A stretch of 64,000 nt of DNA, taken from positions 1-64,000 of the IMG/VR virus record IMGVR_UViG_3300036790_000219; one strand, given 5' to 3'. Below the pieces are notes generated by a model. The model was not told where the DNA came from, ran no database searches, and saw only the letters and a list, made by a program, of their open reading frames with translations. This stretch comes from a virus. Shown in pieces: positions 44,276-52,495 of this stretch (within the stretch, counting starts at the first letter, position 1; each line of letters opens with the position of its first letter). The position numbers were made by a program, and so were the translations under genes.

Positions 44276-44796
44276 CTCATATCGTTGTTCACAACTATCT
44301 GCCGAAACGCCGGACGAAAGACGCTCGTCCTTTAGCCCGTCAAGCAGTTGAGTTGACTTATGAAGAGGACGGAAAGCAATATAAGAGAAACTTTTCTACA
44401 GCAGAAGAGCAGGAGGCTTGGGTACGGTCTAAAGGTAATACAGTAAAGGTTATTTCACGTGAGAAAATTGTAAAGGACCGCCACACCCGTGGGGATGCAA
44501 GAGCGGGCGTCCACCCCTTCCGAAAAGGCGCTGATGTTGAAGTAAAGAATACTGGGAAAATTGGCTCAGTTATTGAGTCCGACGAGGACCGTACACTTGT
44601 CGATTGGCGGAATGGAAAGACCTCTCGGATTGACACCGATCGGTTGGTTTACTTCACCAGTTCTAGAGGCAAAGACCGCCACACACGCGGTGACCAAGGC
44701 GCTGCTACAATAGTTCGTCCGGACTCCAAGATCGGCAAGTACGGCGATGCTGTGAGTGGTGTGACTGGCTTGCCGAAGAAGGCTAACGGGCGTTAA
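44272..44796 (+). CDS. leader-family protein with internal KDRHTRGD repeats
   Basis: MTHIVVHNYLPKRRTKD; KDRHTRGD twice. Confidence 0.75.
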   Translation: MTHIVVHNYLPKRRTKDARPLARQAVELTYEEDGKQYKRNFSTAEEQEAWVRSKGNTVKVISREKIVKDRHTRGDARAGVHPFRKGADVEVKNTGKIGSVIESDEDRTLVDWRNGKTSRIDTDRLVYFTSSRGKDRHTRGDQGAATIVRPDSKIGKYGDAVSGVTGLPKKANGR

Positions 44797-44800
44797 AGCC

Positions 44801-45271
44801 GTGCACGTCGTCGTTCACAACCACCTTCCGCGTCGCCGAGCTCTCGATGCTCCTGGGGGAACCGCACTTTCCCAGTTGAAAGCATTCCTTGGTTCGCCAC
44901 GGGTGTCTAAGGAAGTGGCTAAGGAAGCCGTGCGGGTTTTAGGCAAGCATACGTACAAACACGGTGTCGGGCTCTCGGGCCACACGGCCGTTCATGCTGC
45001 GGTGCTTTTTGGCGTTTCCCAACTTGGCGGCGGTTCGGCTACCGAAGCAGTAGCAGCAGCGGTGGCAGGTTATGCCGTCACAGAAGTAATGAAGAAACTC
45101 GGTCTCACCTCAGAGAAGGCTGCTCAGCTTTTAAGTGTGTTGAGCCGTAAGCTTCTTGCTGCGTACCGAGAATGGCGAAAGGACCACGAGCTCTTCCGGT
45201 TAACCCCAGTTCATGATGCTCAGGATCCAATTGAGGTTGGTCTTGAGCGGTTTGCCCAAGCGTTGGCATGA
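44801..45271 (+). CDS. leader-family protein with hydrophobic helices
   Basis: MHVVVHNHLPRRRALD. Confidence 0.7.
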   Translation: MHVVVHNHLPRRRALDAPGGTALSQLKAFLGSPRVSKEVAKEAVRVLGKHTYKHGVGLSGHTAVHAAVLFGVSQLGGGSATEAVAAAVAGYAVTEVMKKLGLTSEKAAQLLSVLSRKLLAAYREWRKDHELFRLTPVHDAQDPIEVGLERFAQALA

Positions 45272-45409
45272 TCCAACACCTTCTCTTCCTCCTATTCGCG
45301 GTCTTTGCTGGGGCGGTCGTCTACCACTGGACTTCTGGAGTGGCTTTGATTGTGCTTGAATTTCTAATTGGTGGCGCGGTGGCCTGGTCCATCCCCAGTA
45401 TGGTTAGAC

Positions 45410-45622
45410 ATGATTGATGGAATTCTTCTGATAAGATTAGAGGATTGCGCCGCGTCCTCACGTCTCGGAATGGCCGACAAGGCTTTTCCACAAGATCTTG
45501 CACGGTTAGCGGCCCGTGGCCTCGTTGCTGCTGCCGATGGTGGTGGCTACAAAGTCACAGTTGACGGGTTGGCGTTCCTCCGCGTAGCGAAGCAGAGTTA
45601 TGAGCGACAAGAGCAAGTTTGA
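45410..45622 (+). CDS. small winged-helix-like hypothetical protein
   Basis: LAARGLV..YKVTVDG. Confidence 0.45.
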   Translation: MIDGILLIRLEDCAASSRLGMADKAFPQDLARLAARGLVAAADGGGYKVTVDGLAFLRVAKQSYERQEQV

Positions 45623-45854
45623 GATTTCCAATATCCCGGACGATAAGGCGGATGTTCGGTTTGCCCAACACCTTGTGGGCTTGAACGCCAAGCCCTCGGG
45701 ACGTATGCGTGTTGTGGTAGAAACCGGCCGTATTGAAATTGAATGGGTGGGGGCTATGGGTGCTATCTTCCTGCCTATTCCTGGGGTGTCAAAGAAGACA
45801 GCTGAGAACCTTGGCCCCCATGACCAAGTAGGCCGCGTCCGGCTTGATGGCTAG
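45600..45854 (+). CDS. hypothetical protein
   Basis: Coupled ORF. Confidence 0.5.
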   Translation: MSDKSKFEISNIPDDKADVRFAQHLVGLNAKPSGRMRVVVETGRIEIEWVGAMGAIFLPIPGVSKKTAENLGPHDQVGRVRLDG

Positions 45855-45857
45855 AAA

Positions 45858-46340
45858 ATGCAAGTTCATCCCCTCTTTGATCTTGAGCAACAAGTCTGGG
45901 TGGCAGAATCTGGCGTCGTTGCTAAAACACTTCGAGAGCTTCAGCAGAAGCTTCCTGGAGCAGAAATAATTGGGTACTACCCAAACGGCTATCAAGAGAC
46001 GGGACGTCAGACCTGGCCTCTTGTTGAAGGGCGCTTCTTTCTCCGGTCTAACTACCGGTCATCAAAGAAAGTTCAGAAGCGTCGTATCCTTCATGAAAAG
46101 CGATTAACCCAAGAGAAAGCTGAGTTGGAGCGTATTGAGGGTGAGCTCGCCCAAGAATCCAAACAGGTAGCCCCGCTCCATACCAATGGTCACACAGGGG
46201 GATGGTTACCAGAGCAAGATTCCCTCATTCGCAGAGGGGCAGCACAGGGTTGGTCGGCCGCTCAGGTGGCTGGTTTGACAAACAGGACACGTGCTGCGGT
46301 CCTCGGGCGTGCTCACAGATTAGGCATAAGCTTTCGTTAG
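45858..46340 (+). CDS. protein with C-terminal GcrA-like HTH
   Basis: W..EQDSLIRRGAAQGWSAAQVAGLTNRTRAAVLGRAHRLGI. Confidence 0.7.
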   Translation: MQVHPLFDLEQQVWVAESGVVAKTLRELQQKLPGAEIIGYYPNGYQETGRQTWPLVEGRFFLRSNYRSSKKVQKRRILHEKRLTQEKAELERIEGELAQESKQVAPLHTNGHTGGWLPEQDSLIRRGAAQGWSAAQVAGLTNRTRAAVLGRAHRLGISFR

Positions 46341-46354
46341 TATGTTGGTTTTGG

Positions 46355-46456
46355 GAAGGAGTGAGTTGATTCCTTTCGGACTCGCTTCTTCTACGGCCCT
46401 GCTCAGGTTAACGGTACCCCCGTCCCCCGACACCCCAACCGTCCCTGAGCAGGGCC
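46355..46456 (+). ncRNA. putative sRNA or leader: two hairpins, second with C-rich loop
   Basis: 12-bp stem 46355-66/46380-91; perfect 13-bp IR 46395-407/46444-56. Confidence 0.45.
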
Positions 46457-46477
46457 ACTTTTAAGAGAGTTAATTAG

Positions 46478-46939
46478 ATGAAAGAATTCAACTCTGTTTC
46501 GTTCTTTGCTGTGGAGAAGATGTCTGACGAACAGCTTCGTGCGCATGTTCGAAGTCTCCAAGACCGGGTAGAGCAACTTGAGTACCTGTTGCTGGAGATA
46601 CCGAAGCACGACGTCAAGTTCAAGTTCTGCCACCTCACGCCGACAGAAGAACGTTACTTGGGGATGGTTTACACCCAATCTTTTGTCTGTACCAAAGAGG
46701 CTATTCTGATAGGGGTTTACGGTGGTCTTCCGGAATGTGACGTCCCAGAAATGAAGATCATTGATGTTATATTCTGCAAGATTAGAAAGAAGCTCAAGCC
46801 CTTCGGTGTACAGATTGAAACCATATGGGGGCGTGGCTACTTTCTCGACCCAGAAAACCGTGCTAAGATGCGGGCCTTGATTGTGGCGTCACAAGACATC
46901 GTCGCCCCACTCGCGGGTGTTCTTAGAAAAGCTGGTTGA
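46478..46939 (+). CDS. receiver-less CtrA-like winged-helix protein
   Basis: HLTPTE..YGG..PEMKIIDVIFCKIRKKL..IETIWGRGYFL. Confidence 0.85.
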   Translation: MKEFNSVSFFAVEKMSDEQLRAHVRSLQDRVEQLEYLLLEIPKHDVKFKFCHLTPTEERYLGMVYTQSFVCTKEAILIGVYGGLPECDVPEMKIIDVIFCKIRKKLKPFGVQIETIWGRGYFLDPENRAKMRALIVASQDIVAPLAGVLRKAG

Positions 46940-47316
46940 TGAGCGTGCTCACACGTAGGCAACTTGCTCTTGGTCTGGCTGTGACTGGTGCAGCTGCTGG
47001 CTTCCCAGCGCCCAACAGTTTTGCACACGGAATGATTGTAAATGGGCAGGTCGAAGTTGGGGATATCTCCTGGGCTTCGCTCTACCAAGATCTTCGCAGT
47101 ATCTATGAAGAGTATTACGATACTACCCTCGTCCCAGGATCTGCCTGGGATGTGCTTTTGCAGTTGTATGCTGAGCATGTTTACCGGGTTCAGTCTTTGA
47201 CTATTAATGTCAACTTGGCGGATTTCAATTCTGGGGAAGAGTCGTTCCGTGATCTTCTTGGTGATGACCCAACGCTTCCCAACAAGAAGAAAAAGGGACT
47301 TGTGAACGTTGCATGA
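46936..47316 (+). CDS. hypothetical protein with Tat-like signal
   Basis: TRRQLALGLAVTGAAA. Confidence 0.55.
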   Translation: MMSVLTRRQLALGLAVTGAAAGFPAPNSFAHGMIVNGQVEVGDISWASLYQDLRSIYEEYYDTTLVPGSAWDVLLQLYAEHVYRVQSLTINVNLADFNSGEESFRDLLGDDPTLPNKKKKGLVNVA

Positions 47317-47507
47317 GGGTTATCGTCCACAACTACATGCCGGGAACGGTACGGGACGCTGCCACAGCAAGCCGAAAGCCGAAGGCCCACAAACACAAAC
47401 ATTCTCACGACCACACTCAGGAGTGTGGGGATACTTGTGCGTGTGATGACTGTCGTGAGGACAGAGGCTTCTTACCCTTCCGTGATTCGAAGCCCCGTAA
47501 GAGCTAA
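47313..47507 (+). CDS. leader-family His/Cys-rich small protein
   Basis: MRVIVHNYMPGTVRD; HKHKHSHDH..CGDTCACDDC. Confidence 0.6.
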   Translation: MRVIVHNYMPGTVRDAATASRKPKAHKHKHSHDHTQECGDTCACDDCREDRGFLPFRDSKPRKS

Positions 47508-48323
47508 ATGCCTCGTAGACCGCCTAGAAGAGACACCGCAGAAATGCGGAAGACGTGGCTGCGTGCCCGACGCGCGGAGCATCAGTTCGGGCGGGGTCTC
47601 CGTTCTCTAGCGCGACGCTGTGGTGAGCTTACCCAGCAGATGTACGACCGGCGAGACCCACTGGGTTCTTCGGCGCGGCTTCGTACCCTACTTAGGAACT
47701 ATGCCCAGGCACTCCGACCTTGGGCCCAAGAGACTGCCAAACGGATGGTACTGGATGTGTCGCGGCGTGATGAGGTCTTCTGGGCTGAGCGATCTAAGGA
47801 GATGGCTCGCAATCTGATTGAGGAACTCAAGACCGCGCCAACTGGCGTAGCGTTACGCGAACGAACTCAGGAAGCAGCGGCGTTAATTATGTCGTTACCA
47901 CTCGAGGCGGCTCAGCGGATTGAGAAGTTCACGGTCCAAGCTTTGACTGACTCGTCCCGTGCTGACGAGGTTGCTAAGGAGATTATGCGGACCGGGCACG
48001 TGGCTAAGGGACGAGCGAATTTGATTGCCCGTACCGAGGTCTCTCGAACGGCTTCGCTCCTCGTCCAGGTTCGTTCTGAACACGTTGGTGCAGAAGGTTA
48101 TATCTGGCGCACTTCCAACGATATCGACGTTCGTAAAGAACACAAGCGATTGGCTGGTAAATTCGTTCGTTGGGATGCACCTCCCGTAGCTGGTCCAAAG
48201 GGAATGCGTTATCACGCAGGACAAGGTCCGAATTGCCGGTGTTACGCAGAAATAATTCTGCCGGAGTATGCACCTAATGGTTGGCGTGCTCCAAGATTTC
48301 GTGCTGAGGCTGTGAATGTGTGA
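47508..48323 (+). CDS. head morphogenesis protein (MuF/SPP1 gp7-like)
   Basis: RANLIARTE; YIWRTSND..VRKEH; HAGQGPNCRC. Confidence 0.9.
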   Translation: MPRRPPRRDTAEMRKTWLRARRAEHQFGRGLRSLARRCGELTQQMYDRRDPLGSSARLRTLLRNYAQALRPWAQETAKRMVLDVSRRDEVFWAERSKEMARNLIEELKTAPTGVALRERTQEAAALIMSLPLEAAQRIEKFTVQALTDSSRADEVAKEIMRTGHVAKGRANLIARTEVSRTASLLVQVRSEHVGAEGYIWRTSNDIDVRKEHKRLAGKFVRWDAPPVAGPKGMRYHAGQGPNCRCYAEIILPEYAPNGWRAPRFRAEAVNV

Positions 48324-49110
48324 GTTGTACAAAATCATTTTTCCAAATGGTAAGCTTTATTTTGGGATGTCAATTAATGCCCTTCGGCGCTTTAAAGGGC
48401 ATATTAAATCAACCACAAACAAATCAAAATTACCTGTTCATAATGCAATGCGAAAATACGGTGTAAATAATTGTAAGGTTATGATTATTTGTGTAGGTTC
48501 TACTTCCTATATTGCGAAATTAGAGCAATGGGTCATTGCAAAGTATCAAACCCAAAGTAGAAAATTTGGCTACAATGTTTGTATTGGGGGTGAAGTTGGC
48601 CCAATGACTGGAAGAGGGCATTCACAAAAGTCTCGACGTAAAATGAGCATGAGCCAGCGAGTACGTATACGTACTGAAGAAGAATTAGCTCGCCTTGCTA
48701 CGTATGGGCGTTATGAACGGTCACCAGAAACACGTGCAAAGAATGGTGCTAGTATGGTGGCCCGCCATGCACGTGGTGAGATTCCGTTAGATACTCCGGC
48801 GCAATTAGCTGCATTTGAGAAAGGTAGATTGCCCAGGCCTTGTAAGGAAAAAACAAAGATCAAACTAAGCAAAATAATGTCTGGACGCCCTGGCAAATAT
48901 TATTACCATAGTCCGGAAGCGATACAACGTGCTTCTGCTTCGCGAAAAAAGTGTTGGAAACAAAAACGGGCGGAGTCAATCCAGTGTGGTGTTCCGTTGC
49001 TTTCAGCAACACAAGAAAAGGCTCTTGCTCGCGCACGTGCGGTGCGTTGGCATAAACCGCGCACGCGGTCTGCCCCCCGGTTCCGTGCGGAAGCTGTAGA
49101 GGCCCTCTGA
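48316..49110 (+). CDS. GIY-YIG homing endonuclease with NUMOD3
   Basis: LYKIIFPNGKLYFG..RRFKGH..LEQWVI..GYNV; HSQKSRRKMS. Confidence 0.85.
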   Translation: MCELYKIIFPNGKLYFGMSINALRRFKGHIKSTTNKSKLPVHNAMRKYGVNNCKVMIICVGSTSYIAKLEQWVIAKYQTQSRKFGYNVCIGGEVGPMTGRGHSQKSRRKMSMSQRVRIRTEEELARLATYGRYERSPETRAKNGASMVARHARGEIPLDTPAQLAAFEKGRLPRPCKEKTKIKLSKIMSGRPGKYYYHSPEAIQRASASRKKCWKQKRAESIQCGVPLLSATQEKALARARAVRWHKPRTRSAPRFRAEAVEAL

Positions 49111-49394
49111 TGCACATCACTGTTCACAACCACCTTCCGAAGCGGAAGACACGTGATGGTGGGGAGTCAAACGCAACCGAGCAAGTCAACAAGTTTGGTT
49201 CGTTGGACTACCTCTCAAATATGTACCAGTTCTCTGGTTTGGCCGAGTGGCCTGACGGCAAGAAGACAGGCATGTACTTCATGGCAAAGACGCTGGAAGA
49301 AGCCAAGCAGCGATTTAAGTCACAGGTTAATTCTGGTGGCTGGCCAAAGATCACGAATGTGAAGCTTGCTAAAACCCGGCCTGAGCCACGGTAA
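49110..49394 (+). CDS. leader-family small protein (MHITVHNHLPKRKTRD)
   Basis: Shared motif. Confidence 0.7.
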   Translation: MHITVHNHLPKRKTRDGGESNATEQVNKFGSLDYLSNMYQFSGLAEWPDGKKTGMYFMAKTLEEAKQRFKSQVNSGGWPKITNVKLAKTRPEPR

Positions 49395-49675
49395 TGTCTA
49401 GTCTCTCGCCGTTCGATTATCTGAAGCTTCGAACGCGAATCGACCAGCTGGTTGAGGATGGCTTCCTCATTCAAGGGGAGCACCCAAATAGCCTAAAGGT
49501 AACTCGTAAAGGAATAGACGCTCTGATGGCGTGTGCTGAGCGTCCTGTTCCGAAGCCCGCTCACATCCACTTGACTGTGGATGAGCGTGAGGCTCTCATA
49601 AAGAACCGCCATGGGCGGACACGTCGTAAACACAATCCCGACAATCTTGAAGGAAAGGGACTCGAAGATGCGTAA
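49394..49675 (+). CDS. hypothetical protein
   Basis: Coupled ORF. Confidence 0.55.
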   Translation: MSSLSPFDYLKLRTRIDQLVEDGFLIQGEHPNSLKVTRKGIDALMACAERPVPKPAHIHLTVDEREALIKNRHGRTRRKHNPDNLEGKGLEDA

Positions 49676-50231
49676 ACTGACTTCGTTGTTGAAGGGACTG
49701 ACGCTTGCGGCGGCAGTTCTCCTGGTTGCTGCGGTTCTGATTGCTCAGCCTTGGCGGGCTTCGGCCCAAGTGCCTTCGCTGACGGGGCCGTACAATATTG
49801 ACCTTGGTAAGGTGTTGGCGTTCACGAATCTGTTGAACACGGCATCTGCGCAGAGTCCGGCCGGCTCAACCTACTCGACTACTCCAGTCAACTACAGCAG
49901 CAAGGGCCTCATTTGCTCTCTGACGATTACTGGCAATTCAGCTTCGGGTTCGCCCTCGCTTGCCTGGAGCATTCAACAGTACGACGCCGCTTCCAACTCC
50001 TGGTTCACTCTCGTGACCCAAACGATTGTGGGGCCAACAGGTAGTGGTATTTACCCCGCACCAGCGGTATTGGAAGTTGCACCGGGCATTGCTGTTTCCA
50101 GCTTGCCCACGAACCTGGCAGCTGCCAATCTAGTGATACCGCGTATTTGGCGCGTCAATGTTGCGCCTTCTGGTAGTGTAGGAGGTACCTACGTTAGCGG
50201 TTACGTTGGCTGCAACCTGGTCAATGGCTAA
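49668..50231 (+). CDS. signal-peptide-bearing beta-rich protein
   Basis: MRKLTSLLKGLTLAAAVLLVAAVLIAQPWRASA-Q; Ser/Thr/Gly-rich. Confidence 0.7.
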   Translation: MRKLTSLLKGLTLAAAVLLVAAVLIAQPWRASAQVPSLTGPYNIDLGKVLAFTNLLNTASAQSPAGSTYSTTPVNYSSKGLICSLTITGNSASGSPSLAWSIQQYDAASNSWFTLVTQTIVGPTGSGIYPAPAVLEVAPGIAVSSLPTNLAAANLVIPRIWRVNVAPSGSVGGTYVSGYVGCNLVNG

Positions 50232-50233
50232 CA

Positions 50234-51364
50234 GTGCGGTTGGCTTTACTCACCTTCGTAGTCTCGGTTGCTTACCTGCCTCTGCCGTCATACTCGACGG
50301 CGGGCAGGTGGGCCGCGTGCGCGTTACTTGTCGGGATGCTTTGGCAGTCCAGGCCTAAGATGGGTCCAGCGCACTGGATGGGTCTGGTATTTGTAGTGTG
50401 GTGTTTCCTCAACTTCTTTTGGTCGATGGGGAAGCTCGACACTATTAATCAGCTTTACCACATACTACTTCTGGCAGGTGTCTTCTTTGTTGCAAGTGCA
50501 GAGACAGACTTAAAGCCTACGGCAATTGCCTTGGGCTGTGGAGTTGCGGTTTCCGCAGTAATCGCACTTTTGCAACTGTCTGGTTATCATCCTGTGGCTG
50601 CAGTTACGCAAGGCAGTTTTGGTTGGGGCGGTGCGGGGCTGTTCTTGAACAAGGACTTTTTCGCACAAGTTGCCTCACCTTCGTTGCTGCTCTCAGCAGG
50701 ACTCGGTCTCTGGGCTATGGTACCAGCGGCGTTATTTGCTGTTGTAGCCACCACATCACGAGAAGCCTGGATTGCTACGGTGGTAGGCGGTATGGTTCTG
50801 CTCTGGTGGAAGCTGCCTTCTTTGCAGTGGCGAATTTTCTGCGCCTTTGTCCTTCTGGTCGTGGGGGCAGTTCTACTACGCTTTGATCTAAACTTTTTGC
50901 ACGGCGGGCGGTTAACTAGCCTCAATGACCGGCTGGCTTTCTGGCAGTACACCTTGCCAAATATCACCTGGTTGGGATATGGGTTAGGAACGTATCCGCT
51001 TCTGTGGCCCGGTTGGCAGCATGCGCATAATGAGTTTTTGGAACTTGCTTTTGAAATTGGTGGGGGTGTGGTGCCTCTTATCGGAGTATTTGTTTATGCA
51101 CTCGGTGGTTCCGTTTCCCTCCCGGCGCGAGCCGCTCTGGTCTCTCTTCTGGTCTCAGCTTGCACGTACTTCCCCTTCCACCAGCCCACCACTGCATTTC
51201 TGGCAGCACTTCTGGCGGGCCATTTATGTGGTGGTCGTGATCGGCTTCGCTATGCTCAATCTGAAGGCCGAGTATATCGCCGGGAAGGCGCTCGGAACCC
51301 CGAACCTGCTAGCACAGGCGCGCTATGCGGGGCTAATCTCGGCCGCGCAGATTTACCCCTTTGA
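50234..51364 (+). CDS. O-antigen ligase / O-oligosaccharyltransferase-like (Wzy_C) membrane protein
   Basis: Many TM helices; GLFLNKD, SREAW, RLAFW, GYGLG, HAHNEFLE. Confidence 0.82.
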   Translation: MRLALLTFVVSVAYLPLPSYSTAGRWAACALLVGMLWQSRPKMGPAHWMGLVFVVWCFLNFFWSMGKLDTINQLYHILLLAGVFFVASAETDLKPTAIALGCGVAVSAVIALLQLSGYHPVAAVTQGSFGWGGAGLFLNKDFFAQVASPSLLLSAGLGLWAMVPAALFAVVATTSREAWIATVVGGMVLLWWKLPSLQWRIFCAFVLLVVGAVLLRFDLNFLHGGRLTSLNDRLAFWQYTLPNITWLGYGLGTYPLLWPGWQHAHNEFLELAFEIGGGVVPLIGVFVYALGGSVSLPARAALVSLLVSACTYFPFHQPTTAFLAALLAGHLCGGRDRLRYAQSEGRVYRREGARNPEPASTGALCGANLGRADLPL

Positions 51365-51439
51365 TCGGAATTTACGGAACGCTCCTGAGAGCTTTCGTAA
51401 GGACTATAACCGCATCGTCCGTTCTGGAGGCACTCACCC

Positions 51440-51844
51440 ATGACTCGTTTGATAAAACTGTGTCTTATTGCGACGCTGCTTCTGCCGCTGCAACTTTTTG
51501 CCCAGAGTTACTTTGACGTTCGGGTTTTCTTTCCAGCATTAACGGCTGGGGCTACCACGGTTAAGAGTACTCCGGGGACATTGCTCTCAGCAGCCTGCTA
51601 CAATCCAAATGCGGTTGGGGTGTGGCTACAATTCTTTGATACGGCTTCGTCAATTACATTAGGAACTACGATTCCAATATTTCAGTGGTATATCGCACCG
51701 TCACAAGTTACGGGGCCGATGCCACCACCAACGGCGTCCCATATTTATTCAGCAGCAAATAGTATGCGAGTTGCTGTTACAACAACGGCGGGCGGTTCTA
51801 CCGCTCCAAGCTCGGCTGTTCCTTGCGAATTTGATATCCGCTAG
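51440..51844 (+). CDS. signal-peptide-bearing beta-rich protein
   Basis: MTRLIKLCLIATLLLPLQLFA-Q. Confidence 0.7.
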   Translation: MTRLIKLCLIATLLLPLQLFAQSYFDVRVFFPALTAGATTVKSTPGTLLSAACYNPNAVGVWLQFFDTASSITLGTTIPIFQWYIAPSQVTGPMPPPTASHIYSAANSMRVAVTTTAGGSTAPSSAVPCEFDIR

Positions 51845-52066
51845 TAGGGCCGAACTCCAGCTGTTGGCGGGTGGCAGACGCCCAGCGAATACACGGCTTC
51901 GATCAGTAGGTCCTGCGATGGACTATGGCATACCGGTTGTCACAGTCCAAGAGACATAGTCTGAAATCGGAGCAAACGACGGAATCTGAGGTTTCAAACC
52001 TGGAATCCGCCAGGAAGTTTCAACAGGCCGTCCTGCCACACCATTTTCATTAGATGAGGTTCCACG

Positions 52067-52495
52067 ATGCCTAGCACTGCTGTGGCTTCTAAGCCCGTTA
52101 TCGAAGTGAAGAACAGTGCGGTTCGTCAACCGAATGGCCATCTTCTGATTGGTTGTGAAGCTTGTGGGTCAATAGGTATAAATCACACAATCAGCAAGAC
52201 GCGGGTTTCCACATCGCAAAACGATGCCGCGCTAAAGACACATAAGCAGCGTATTGAAGCCCGCTGGCTAGCTTTTGAAGCACAATACAACGTGCTCGCT
52301 AAGGCTTCGAAGAGGAACCCTGGTGCTAAGGAAGAACTGGATACTTTGAAAGCCTCCTTCGAGAAAGAGATGGAAGAACTCCTGAAAGCAGCACCAAAAG
52401 ATACTTCCTTCACTCGGGTGAATACCTGCCCGTGGTGTAAGAAGCCTTTGAATGTGCAAGTGCAGGAGTTGGTTGCTGAGGAGAAGCTTCTGTGA
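52067..52495 (+). CDS. Zn-ribbon hypothetical protein
   Basis: CEACG..CPWCK. Confidence 0.6.
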   Translation: MPSTAVASKPVIEVKNSAVRQPNGHLLIGCEACGSIGINHTISKTRVSTSQNDAALKTHKQRIEARWLAFEAQYNVLAKASKRNPGAKEELDTLKASFEKEMEELLKAAPKDTSFTRVNTCPWCKKPLNVQVQELVAEEKLL

